Origin: Solirubrobacterales bacterium
GTDB lineage: Bacteria > Actinomycetota > Thermoleophilia > Solirubrobacterales > 70-9
NCBI GenBank assembly: GCA_038329895.1
Contig: JBBQNM010000004.1
Span: forward strand, 1,115 to 65,114
Direction of reading: 5' to 3'
Length of the DNA: 64,000 bases
The translations under genes and the position numbers were made by a program. The notes below the pieces were generated by a model. It did no database searches, was not told the DNA's origin, and saw only the letters and a program-made list of their open reading frames with translations. Of this stretch, positions 26,213 to 34,225 are shown piece after piece (position 1 is the first letter of the stretch; each line of letters begins with the position of its first letter).

Positions 26213-28167
26213 TCGAGCGCCGCCGGGTTGGCGAGCGAGTCGCGACTCGCGGCCTGCTCGGGAGCGGTGCCCATCAGGATCCGCTTCACCGGGACCTCCA
26301 GCACCTTGCCGCTGAGTGTCCGCGGCACCTCGGCGATCCGGTAGACCGCATTGGGAACGTGGCGGGGCGAGCAGCGCTCGCGGATCCGTCGCTTGATCTC
26401 GTCCTCCAGCTGCTCGTCCAATTCGGCGCCCTCGCCCAATACGACGAACAGCGGCATCCATCCCTCCGTTCCGGGTCTGGGAACGTCGACCACCAGGGCG
26501 TCGAGCACGTCCGGGATCGCCTGCACGGCGCGGTAGATCTCGCTGGTGCCCATCCGCACTCCCTGTCGGTTGATGGTCGAGTCGGAGCGCCCGTAGATCA
26601 CCGCGGTGCCCCGCGAGGTGATCTCGATCCAGTCGCCGTGGCGCCAGATGCCCGGGTACTGCTCGAAGTAGCTGGCGCGGTAGCGGGAGCCGTCCCCGTC
26701 GCCCCACAGGAAGAGCGGCATCGAGGGCATCGGCTCGGTGATCACAAGCTCGCCGACCTCGTCGATCACCGGGCTTCCCCCCTCATCGAAAGCCTCGACC
26801 TTGGCGCCCAGTGCCCGTCCCTGGAGCTCGCCGCGGTAGACGGGAAGCAGCGGAACGCCGCCGACAAAAGCGGTGCAGACGTCGGTGCCACCGCTGGTCG
26901 AGAACAGCCAGGTGTCGCTCCCGACGTGGTCATAGATCCAGTCGAAGCTCTCCGGGGACAGGGGAGAACCGGTCGAGCCGACCGCGCGCAGGGCCGAGAG
27001 GTTGCGACCGGCGCCGGGCTCGACCTCGGCCTTCATGCAGGTGGCGATGTAACTGGCGCTGGTGCCGAAGCAGGTGATGCGGGCGCGGTCGGCGAGGTCC
27101 CAGAGCACCCCCAGGTCCGGGTGGCCGGGGCTGCCGTCGTAGAGGACGATGGCCGCCTCGGTCAGCAGGCCGGAGACGAGGAAGTTCCACATCATCCAGC
27201 CGGTCGTCGTGAACCAGAAGATCCGGTCCCCGCGTTGTCCGTCGACGTGCAGATGCAGCTTCTTGAGGTGCTCGAGAAGGATCCCGCCGTGCCCCTGGAC
27301 GATCGCCTTCGGAAGCCCGGTGGTGCCGGAGGAGTAGAGGATCCACAGCGGGTGGTCGAAGGGGACTGACTCGAAATGCAGCTCGGCGCCCGTACCGGCC
27401 GAGGCGAGCTCGTCCCAGGTGATCGCGTTTCGCAGCGGTGAGAGGTCGGGGTCGGCGTCGAGGTAGCCGAGCACGGCGGTGTGTTGGAGCGTGGGCATCT
27501 GCGCCTGTAGCCCGGCGAGCACGTCGCGGCGGTCGAACCCCTTTCCGTTGTAGCTGTAGCCGTCGACGGCGAACAGCACCTTCGGCTCGATTTGGGCGAA
27601 GCGGTCGACGACGCTGCCGGGCCCGAAGTCGGGCGAGCAGCTCGACCAGACCGCGCCGATGCTGGCTGTGGCGAGGAAGGCGATCACCGCCTCGGGGATG
27701 TTCGGCAGGTAGGCGGCGACGCGGTCGCCACGCCCGACGCCGAGGTCGCGCAGGCCGGCAGCGATCTCGGCGACCTGGTCGCGCAGCTCTGCCCAGCTCA
27801 GCTGGGTCAGGTCCCGCAGCTCGGAGGCGTGCAGGATCGCGGGCTCCTCGTCGCGCTTGTCGCGGAACAGGTGCTCGGCGTAGTTGAGCTCGGCGCCCTC
27901 GAACCAGCGCGCCCCCGGCATCGTGCGGTCGCTAAGCACCGCCGAGTGCGGGGTGGGGGAGGTGACGCCGAAGTAGTCCCAGATCGAGGACCAGAAGTCC
28001 TCCAGCTCGATGACGGACCACTCCCACAGTGGCGGGTAACCGTCGAAGCGGAGGCCGCGCTCGCTCTCCAGCCAGCGCATGTAGCGGGTCATTGCGCAGC
28101 GCTCGACCATCTCGGCCGGCGGCTCCCAGAGCAGTTCCCCAGCGCGGCCCGCTGTCCCCTCTTCCAT
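26170..28167 (-). CDS. acetoacetyl-CoA synthetase (acetoacetate-CoA ligase)
   Basis: 665-aa AMP-forming ligase: YSSGTTGLPKAIV, plus the N-terminal MRWLESERGLRFDGYPPLWEWSV block typical of acetoacetyl-CoA synthetases. Confidence 0.85.
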   Translation of the reverse strand: MEEGTAGRAGELLWEPPAEMVERCAMTRYMRWLESERGLRFDGYPPLWEWSVIELEDFWSSIWDYFGVTSPTPHSAVLSDRTMPGARWFEGAELNYAEHLFRDKRDEEPAILHASELRDLTQLSWAELRDQVAEIAAGLRDLGVGRGDRVAAYLPNIPEAVIAFLATASIGAVWSSCSPDFGPGSVVDRFAQIEPKVLFAVDGYSYNGKGFDRRDVLAGLQAQMPTLQHTAVLGYLDADPDLSPLRNAITWDELASAGTGAELHFESVPFDHPLWILYSSGTTGLPKAIVQGHGGILLEHLKKLHLHVDGQRGDRIFWFTTTGWMMWNFLVSGLLTEAAIVLYDGSPGHPDLGVLWDLADRARITCFGTSASYIATCMKAEVEPGAGRNLSALRAVGSTGSPLSPESFDWIYDHVGSDTWLFSTSGGTDVCTAFVGGVPLLPVYRGELQGRALGAKVEAFDEGGSPVIDEVGELVITEPMPSMPLFLWGDGDGSRYRASYFEQYPGIWRHGDWIEITSRGTAVIYGRSDSTINRQGVRMGTSEIYRAVQAIPDVLDALVVDVPRPGTEGWMPLFVVLGEGAELDEQLEDEIKRRIRERCSPRHVPNAVYRIAEVPRTLSGKVLEVPVKRILMGTAPEQAASRDSLANPAALDYFVELAERLDISA

Positions 28168-28181
28168 CGCGCCCGCTTATA

Positions 28182-30197
28182 TCACCGGCTCTGCTGCCGG
28201 CCCACGTCGCGGTCGATCTGGCGCGCCAGCTCGACCGTGAACTCGACCGCCCGCGTCATCGCATCCTCGTCGAGCTTGTCCGGGGTGTCGGCGTGCGTGT
28301 GGTAGTAGGGCGGTCCGACGCCATCCTCGGCGCCGATCAGCGAGATGGCTCGAAATCCGCGCGTTCTGGCCGGCAGCGCGTCGGTGTGGAAGGGGATGCG
28401 GATCGGACGCGCCCGGTAGCGGTCACCGTTCTCGCGGTCGGCGGTCGCGATCGCGTCGCAGAGATCGAACAGGCGGCGATCCAACTCGTAGCTGATGATC
28501 GCGCCCTCGCTGGCGAGGTAGTGGACGTCGCCATAGGAGACCGAGTCGACGTTGACGAAGAAGGTGTTCTCGGCGTTTAGCTCCTTCCGATGGGCCGCGA
28601 ACCAGCGCGCCATGCCCTCGCAGTTGCACTCCTCGGCGCCGGGGAGGACCACCCAGACGTCGAGGTTCTGCGGCGGGTCGGCGTCGAGCAGTTCGGCGGT
28701 CGAGAGAACGGCGGCGACGCCGGAGGCGTTGTCGTAGGCGCCCGGCACGACCCCGGAAAGCGCGATGTCGATCAGCAGCGCGAGGGTGACGAGCAGCAGC
28801 GCCATGGGGATGAGCTGGGCGATCGCCAGCCCTTGCGTTTCGATGCCGCCCAATCGTGCTGCGCTGATCGCCAGCAGCGGGACGATGCCGACCCAGAAGA
28901 AGAGCCTGAACGGGCCGAGCAGCAGCCTCGCGGTCTCGGGAAGGCGCTTTGCCGCGCGGGTCGAGCGGGGCCCGAAGACGAGCCCGGTCTTGGCGGCGTC
29001 GTAGTGGGCGCTCAGTACGAGGCGGGCCGGGGCGGAGGGATTGGGGCCGGGGGAGACGACGTTCTGGGAGGCACGGCGGAAGAACAGTCTGCGGATCAGG
29101 TAGAGGCGCGTGTTCTGGTCCAGGTAAAGGGAGGTGGCGGCGATCAAAACGATTACGAAGCCGAGCGGCGCCAGCACCAGCGCAACCAGCGAGCCGGCGA
29201 CCGCCAGCAGCAGGTGCGCGGCCATCACCAGCGCGTACTCAGGGTGGACGTATGTCGGCTCGATCGCGACCTTGCGGCCCGTCTTCCGCAGCCGCTCGGC
29301 GAGGCGGTTGGCGGCCCGGCGCTCGGCGTCGGTGCCGGGCCCGCGACCCTCGAACGAGCACAGCTCCTCGATCAGCTCCCTGCGGTCGGCGGCGTTCAAG
29401 GGCGGCGGATTATCCCTGAGCCATCGCTTCGGGCCTATGTGTCGGTCGAGAATCTGGACCGACTCAGACCGGGCGACCGAGATGTTCCAAGGGCCATCCT
29501 GGCGCCATTGCACACCGAGGCGATCGCATGCATCGCAGAAAATCGCCTGGATGTCCTGAGAACGGTTGGAAAAGAAATAGCGCGGATAGGAATAGGTTTT
29601 CTTCGGGTGGCGGATCTTGTTCTGGACGCGGTATCCATCGGAGTGGATCAGACCCCGAGCGATGCGGCCGGGAAAGCACTCAGCGATGCGCTGCTGCCAG
29701 GGCTTCAAGGCGATGCGCCTTTTGTGCTTCATGCCAGGGCCGTGCTGGGGAAATAGGCATGGCCAATGACGCGAATACGAGGAGACCTCATTGAGATGCT
29801 CATTGCGGCGCCGGAAGACACCGACCTTGCTCGAGGGCATTACGAGGCTCATCGCAGCTCCGCACTCGTCGACGATCACCGGATATGCCCGATCAAGGAA
29901 GACGCGGAGGCGATGCACGTTCCGCGGAGCCCGGGACACGAGACCGTCTCCCAGATAGAGACCGAGAAGATAGGCGTACGCGAATGCCGTGGTTCCGGGG
30001 AGGAACTCCGCCGACTCGCTGCAACGAGGGCAACTCGTCCTCCGGTGTACATATCTTCGTCCCGATCCTGGTGTGTTGCCCGATAACCACGGACGAAACG
30101 TCGCCCGAGAAATGCCCATGCGACGGGAGATTTCAGAGTTGTTGAGGCCCGCGGCATGCAGCTCGAGCACGAGGTCCACCTCAGCCTGAGATCTCAT
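28182..30197 (-). CDS. single 671-codon ORF joining an N-terminal HTH + LAGLIDADG-like domain (about aa 1-263) to a membrane-associated M28-family peptidase (about aa 265-671)
   Basis: N-half: NNSEISRRMGISRATFRPWL (HTH), CPRC, YLLGLYLGDG and IARGLIHSDG (two LAGLIDADG-like motifs). C-half: RGPGTDAERRAANRLAERL, TM segments, and the M28-like blocks YDNASGVAAVL and PGAEECNCEGMARW. No in-frame stop between the halves. Confidence 0.7.
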   Translation of the reverse strand: MRSQAEVDLVLELHAAGLNNSEISRRMGISRATFRPWLSGNTPGSGRRYVHRRTSCPRCSESAEFLPGTTAFAYAYLLGLYLGDGLVSRAPRNVHRLRVFLDRAYPVIVDECGAAMSLVMPSSKVGVFRRRNEHLNEVSSYSRHWPCLFPQHGPGMKHKRRIALKPWQQRIAECFPGRIARGLIHSDGYRVQNKIRHPKKTYSYPRYFFSNRSQDIQAIFCDACDRLGVQWRQDGPWNISVARSESVQILDRHIGPKRWLRDNPPPLNAADRRELIEELCSFEGRGPGTDAERRAANRLAERLRKTGRKVAIEPTYVHPEYALVMAAHLLLAVAGSLVALVLAPLGFVIVLIAATSLYLDQNTRLYLIRRLFFRRASQNVVSPGPNPSAPARLVLSAHYDAAKTGLVFGPRSTRAAKRLPETARLLLGPFRLFFWVGIVPLLAISAARLGGIETQGLAIAQLIPMALLLVTLALLIDIALSGVVPGAYDNASGVAAVLSTAELLDADPPQNLDVWVVLPGAEECNCEGMARWFAAHRKELNAENTFFVNVDSVSYGDVHYLASEGAIISYELDRRLFDLCDAIATADRENGDRYRARPIRIPFHTDALPARTRGFRAISLIGAEDGVGPPYYHTHADTPDKLDEDAMTRAVEFTVELARQIDRDVGRQQSR

Positions 30198-30213
30198 CTG
30201 GCCTCGAACCTCA

Positions 30214-30297
30214 TGCGGCGGGTGGGACTCGAACCCACAAGCCCTTGCGGGCAGCGGCTTTTGAGACCGCCTCCTTTGCCAGTTTGGACACCGCCGC
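30214..30297 (-). tRNA. tRNA-Leu (anticodon CAA)
   Basis: Cloverleaf by hand: acceptor GCGGCGG/CCGCCGC, anticodon loop CTCAAAA, long variable arm GCCC-GCAA-GGGC, T-arm GTGGG-TTCGAGT-CCCAC, discriminator A. Confidence 0.9.
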
Positions 30298-30443
30298 AGG
30301 TCATTTCAGTCTACGGGCGGGGTAGGCGACCGGGCGGTCGCGGAAGCCCCGAATCCCGCATTCCTGCGCCATTTGAGGCAGTTCCGTTAGGAAGCTTTCA
30401 CAGGGCACCGGCTCGACGGAGGCGCTGAATGGGCTGGGCGCGC

Positions 30444-30986
30444 CTAGGCCGGCTGCGGGCTGCCAGTGTCGGGCGGCGGCTCGGCGCCGTAATCCTCGCC
30501 GGAGCCGATCGGCCGCTCCTCCTCCACGTGCCAGTCCTGGTTGAAACCGATCATCGCGACTGCGATCACCAGCACCTGGAGTGGGATCAGGATCACCAGC
30601 AGCAGACCGATCAACGTGTCGGGGAGGATCGCGGTGTCGAAGCCCGACTTGTCGCGCGCGAACCAGCTCGGGACACCGACGGCGGCGAAGATCAACAGCA
30701 GGATCGAGAGCGCCGCCGAGACCGGCAGCACGCCGCGGCTCCAGCGCGCGACCATCACGGCGAAGCCGATGTAGAGGGCGACGTAGATGATGCAGACGAG
30801 CCCCATGGCGGCGCCGCCGTCCAGTAGCGACCAGCCGCCGATCGTCACCACCAGGCAAACTCCGGCTGTGGCCAGCAGCAGCAGCACGATCACGGCCTTC
30901 GTCGTGATGGCTTGCGGCTTCTCCCTGTTGGGTCGCCACAGCTCGTAGCCTGGCCTGACCTCTCCTACCGCCATCAGCACAAGCAT
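30444..30986 (-). CDS. integral membrane protein (4 predicted TM), unknown function
   Basis: 180-aa ORF with four long hydrophobic segments and an acidic, Pro-rich tail. Confidence 0.6.
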   Translation of the reverse strand: MLVLMAVGEVRPGYELWRPNREKPQAITTKAVIVLLLLATAGVCLVVTIGGWSLLDGGAAMGLVCIIYVALYIGFAVMVARWSRGVLPVSAALSILLLIFAAVGVPSWFARDKSGFDTAILPDTLIGLLLVILIPLQVLVIAVAMIGFNQDWHVEEERPIGSGEDYGAEPPPDTGSPQPA

Positions 30987-31044
30987 AAATCCCCGCGCTT
31001 AAAAACGCGACGGTTGGGCGCCGACCTAGTATTCGTGGCCACGC

Positions 31045-31129
31045 GCGGGCGTGGTGGAATTTGGAAGACACGCCGGCTTTAGGTGCCGGTGCTCGAAAGA
31101 GCTTGGGGGTTCGAGTCCCTCCGCCCGCA
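31045..31129 (+). tRNA. tRNA-Leu (anticodon TAG)
   Basis: Acceptor GCGGGCG/CGCCCGC, anticodon stem CCGGC/GCCGG with loop TTTAGGT, long variable arm, T-arm GGGGG-TTCGAGT-CCCTC. Confidence 0.9.
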
Positions 31130-31200
31130 CTCCGGCAAGCCCCAGCGATGTTGCGATTACGACCGTTGCCAGAGGCCTCGGCGTTACGATTCGAACGCTT

Positions 31201-31274
31201 GGGGCAGTGGCCAAATTGGTTACGGCACCGGTCTCCAAAACCGGCGATTCCAGGTTCGAGTCCTGGCTGCCCCG
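31201..31274 (+). tRNA. tRNA-Trp (anticodon CCA)
   Basis: Acceptor GGGGCAG/CTGCCCC, anticodon stem CCGGT/ACCGG with loop CTCCAAA, T-arm CCAGG-TTCGAGT-CCTGG. Confidence 0.9.
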
Positions 31275-31285
31275 CTGGCGACTCG

Positions 31286-32515
31286 CTAGCCCTTCGGCTC
31301 GAAGCGGTGCAGCGAGTAGTAGCCGACCAGGTAGAGGCTCTGCCCGTCGGAGATCATCGGTGTGTAGCCGGGGGAAGCGAAGCTGAAGACCTTCTTGTGC
31401 GTCAGCACGTCGATCCCGATCGACTTGCCGGTCGCGAAGCTCGACGTGTACACCGTGTGACCGATCACCACCGCGGTACCCGGTATCGAGCCGCCGACGT
31501 TGTAGCGCCAGCGCAGCTTGCCGCTCAGCGCGTCGATCGCGTAGAGGCGATGGTCGTAGGAGCCGATGTAGACGGTCGGTCCCGGCGTGCCGGGAACGTC
31601 GGCGACCGCCGGCGAGCCGTAGACGAAATTGCCGGTCTGGAACGACCAGCTGTACTTGCCGGTTTTCTGGTCGAGCGCGAACACGGTGCCGTCGTCGCGC
31701 CCGGCGTAGACGCGCCCGTTCGCGATTGCCGGCGAGGAGTAGAAGCCGCCATCGCCGCCCGGCGGCAGGTCCTCGGTGTTGACGCGCCAGATCTCGCGCC
31801 CGTCGGAGGCGCGCAGCGCGAACATCGCGCCGCCGTAGTCGCCGAAATAGACCATCCCGCGGTCGAAGCTGGGGCTGGCCTTGATCACGTGCGGGACGTG
31901 GAACGTCCAGCGTGTCTTGCCGTTGGCGGTGTTCAGCGCAAAGAAGATCCCCTTGTCGGAGCCGATGTAGATCGTCTTGCCGATCACCAGCGGCGATGAC
32001 TGGAGGGTGGTGGGGAGCTTGCGCTTCCATTCGATCTTCGCGTCGCTGGCGTTCAGCGACAGCAGCGTCCCGTCCTCGAAGGAGACGAATATCTGCTGGC
32101 GCCCGAAGACCGGCGCGGTGACGTCGGAGGCCGGCCCCTTGTAGTGGCGGTCGCGGCGCAGATCCCAGACCACCTTGCCGGTCTCGGCGTCCAGGGCCCG
32201 CACGTTGCTGTACTTGTTGACGAGGTAGAGGCGCCCGTTGGCGATCGCGGGCGGGAACTCGATTAGCGCCTGGTCGTTGTAGGCCCAGACCTGCTTCAGC
32301 GGCGGGTTGAGGTCACTCGGCAGGTAGTGGAGCCGCTGCGGTACGCGTCCGAACAGCTTCCACTCGATCAGGTTGCCGTTCGATGCAGTGCCGCCGCCGG
32401 CGCTCGTGGTCCCGCTGTCAGACCCGCCGCAGCTGGTCAGCGCGACGAGCACAAGCGCGAGCAGGGCGAGGCTCAGAAACCTTGCCAGAGGGAAGGTCGA
32501 GAAGCGGCTTCGCAT
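31286..32515 (-). CDS. PQQ-like beta-propeller repeat lipoprotein (BamB-like fold)
   Basis: MRSRFSTFPLARFLSLALLALVLVALTSCGG signal from ATG 32515. Repeated motifs of the form G.(L/V)Y.....G.(L/F/V).AL....G...W. Confidence 0.75.
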   Translation of the reverse strand: MRSRFSTFPLARFLSLALLALVLVALTSCGGSDSGTTSAGGGTASNGNLIEWKLFGRVPQRLHYLPSDLNPPLKQVWAYNDQALIEFPPAIANGRLYLVNKYSNVRALDAETGKVVWDLRRDRHYKGPASDVTAPVFGRQQIFVSFEDGTLLSLNASDAKIEWKRKLPTTLQSSPLVIGKTIYIGSDKGIFFALNTANGKTRWTFHVPHVIKASPSFDRGMVYFGDYGGAMFALRASDGREIWRVNTEDLPPGGDGGFYSSPAIANGRVYAGRDDGTVFALDQKTGKYSWSFQTGNFVYGSPAVADVPGTPGPTVYIGSYDHRLYAIDALSGKLRWRYNVGGSIPGTAVVIGHTVYTSSFATGKSIGIDVLTHKKVFSFASPGYTPMISDGQSLYLVGYYSLHRFEPKG

Positions 32516-32639
32516 CGGGTGACGTATCGGCATCTCTGTCGCCAACCCAAAGACCCGGAGAGGCGACGCCCAATGCGGCTCTCACATCCGGGGATCACGC
32601 CTGTGAGGCGAGCGGGCGGACCTATAATCGGTATTCGGC

Positions 32640-32711
32640 GCGGGCGTGGTGTAGTGGTTTGCACATGAGCCTTCCAAGCTCAGAGCGCGGGTTCGAGCCC
32701 CGTCGCCCGCT
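32640..32711 (+). tRNA. tRNA-Gly (anticodon TCC)
   Basis: Acceptor GCGGGCG/CGCCCGC, anticodon stem TGAGC/GCTCA with loop CTTCCAA, T-loop TTCGAGC, discriminator T. Confidence 0.9.
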
Positions 32712-32726
32712 TCAGGTCGCAGCGCG

Positions 32727-33184
32727 CTATCGCTGCGTCAACACTGCGCGAAGGGCGCCCCGCCGCCGAGACGTGCGGCGGCGATGACAGTTCGCGCACA
32801 CGACCTCGCACTTCTTCATCTCTTCGAGAATGTTTCCCCAGCTCTTGCGCGAGAGCGCAGGACCGATCGCAAATGACTTGTCGCGCAGGTGATCGAACTC
32901 GAGAACGATTGGATCTTCTCTCCACAGTCGATACAGGGGTGGGTCTTGAAGTACTCGATCAGATACAGGGTCCGCTCCCGCGTCAACCTTCGCTTTACCC
33001 TTGCAGCCTGATCGATGTAGCGCTGTCGATTTGCTTCGTAGTGCTCTCTGCCGTATGCGGAACGGCAGGGCCGGCAGAAGGAATCCCTCTGACCCCTTGA
33101 TTTGCGGCGCCACGCGAAGTCATCGACTGGTTTCAACTCGCCGCACCGGTAGCACTTGCGAACTTCCGACCCTCTACCTGCCAT
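32727..33184 (-). pseudogene. HNH endonuclease, interrupted by a frameshift
   Basis: ORF 32816..33184 (CYRCGELKPVDDF...CRPC...THPCIDCGEK) continues in another frame as ORF 32727..33113 (DPIVLEFDHLRDK...VVCANCHRRRT, the HNH core). The frame change maps to the purine run GGAGAGAAGATCC (32911-32923 on the + strand). Confidence 0.7.
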
Positions 33185-33241
33185 CGAACATATGTTCCCA
33201 TCGTTCTCGGACGGAACACTGGCGTAAACTCGCGATCACCA

Positions 33242-33315
33242 CGGGGCGTGGCGCAGTCTGGTAGCGCATTCGGCTGGGGGCCGAAAGGTCGCTGGTTCAA
33301 ATCCAGTCGCCCCGA
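33242..33315 (+). tRNA. tRNA-Pro (anticodon GGG)
   Basis: Acceptor CGGGGCG/CGCCCCG, anticodon stem TTCGG/CCGAA with loop CTGGGGG, T-arm GCTGG-TTCAAAT-CCAGT. Confidence 0.9.
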
Positions 33316-33326
33316 CTACAAGAAAG

Positions 33327-33352
33327 GCGAGCAAATCAGCATGTTTGCTCGC
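33327..33352 (+). terminator. stem-loop immediately downstream of tRNA-Pro
   Basis: GCGAGCAAA-TCAGCATG-TTTGCTCGC, 9-bp stem. No U-tract. Confidence 0.35.
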
Positions 33353-33392
33353 TACCTCCTTCTCTTGGTTCGGACTCCGACCCCGGCCTCGG

Positions 33393-33413
33393 GGGCCCAA
33401 TAAGGGCCCAATA
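33393..33413 (+). repeat. direct repeat GGGCCCAATA x2 preceded by CCCCG-loop-CGGGG hairpin (arm-type site candidate)
   Basis: GGGCCCAATA at 33393-33402 and 33404-33413. Same architecture as the GGTCCATT repeats at 43204 and 46727. Confidence 0.45.
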
Positions 33414-33501
33414 GGTGCAGATGCAGTGCCTCGCTTCGTCGGGCTCCGCGCTCAGAGGTGGATCTCTGGGCACCGTTAGCCACCTGCCGGCGAGCTTGGG
33501 C

Positions 33502-33549
33502 CACGGGTTGTGGTCCAGGTGGTCGCCGGTTCGAGTCCGGTCGCTCACC
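33502..33549 (+). repeat. tRNA-His-like 3' fragment (anticodon-loop TTGTGGT through acceptor), not a complete tRNA
   Basis: TTGTGGT loop (GTG anticodon), T-arm GCCGG-TTCGAGT-CCGGT, 3' acceptor CGCTCAC+C. No matching 5' acceptor strand upstream. Followed by a CCCC-TGC-GGGG hairpin and a T-rich tract. Confidence 0.35.
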
Positions 33550-33726
33550 CCTGCGGGGGTTTCGTTTTACCTACCCTCCTTTGCGACGCATGGACAGGCA
33601 TAGAACGGGCATAGATTTGGTCGTGCGGCGGTGCGCTTCCCGACTCTGGAAGCGAGGATCTGAGGCCATCCGCGCCGGAAGGATTGTGAGTCCTGTGGCC
33701 GAGTGGTCAGCACTACGCCCGAATTT

Positions 33727-33770
33727 GGCTGGGGGCCGAAAGGTCGCTGGTTCAAATCCAGTCGCCCCGA
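33727..33770 (+). repeat. 44-nt exact duplicate of the 3' part of tRNA-Pro (att-like repeat)
   Basis: GGCTGGGGGCCGAAAGGTCGCTGGTTCAAATCCAGTCGCCCCGA is identical to 33272-33315. Confidence 0.85.
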
Positions 33771-33997
33771 TTCTCAGGCTTACGCCTGTTAAGCACAGGA
33801 CAGGCACGCAGTACCACGCATAACTCCGCACGGCTCCGCAAGAACCTAGACACCTGGCAGACACCCGGGGTGTCTACGCCCCCGGCGGGAGCGCGCCGGC
33901 GCCGCCCCCGCGGTCTCGCGCCTGGGTCTGCGATCGCATTCTTGACCTGAATCTGACCTATTCCGCCGACCTAGGATCAAGACACAGGGTTAACACC

Positions 33998-34225
33998 ATG
34001 CAGAAGGTGCAGGCAAACACGAAGCTCGACCCCCGCTGGAAGCGGGAGCTGGAGCGACGTGCCGAGGCCGCGCACATGACGACTTCGGCGTATATCCGCG
34101 AGCGGCTGATGCAGCACCTCTACCGAGGCGCAGGCCATCAGGAGAACACGAACGACGAACGCCGACTTGGAGGAGTCGGCGCCGTCAAAGAACCGCTGAG
34201 GACGCAGCGGCATGAACAAGCCTAG
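33998..34225 (+). CDS. ribbon-helix-helix (CopG/Arc-like) DNA-binding protein
   Basis: KLDPRWKRELERRAEAAHMTTSAYIRERL is an RHH strand-helix-helix pattern. Overlaps the primase start. Confidence 0.6.
   Translation: MQKVQANTKLDPRWKRELERRAEAAHMTTSAYIRERLMQHLYRGAGHQENTNDERRLGGVGAVKEPLRTQRHEQA

Noticed and set aside
28590-29756. 388-aa + strand ORF
   Set aside because: It is antisense to the M28/LAGLIDADG-like ORF, with shadow composition.
33502-33549. Possible functional tRNA-His
   Set aside because: Only the anticodon-loop-to-acceptor part is recognisable. There is no complementary 5' acceptor strand or D-arm upstream, and the anticodon stem is mismatched. It is treated as an att-like fragment.
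33941-33985. TGACCT direct repeats (TGACCTGAATCTGACCTATTCCGCCGACCT) upstream of the RHH gene as iterons or operator
   Set aside because: The repeats are short hexamers, which is too little evidence without comparison to homologous elements. Possibly an RHH operator, but not reportable as a feature.
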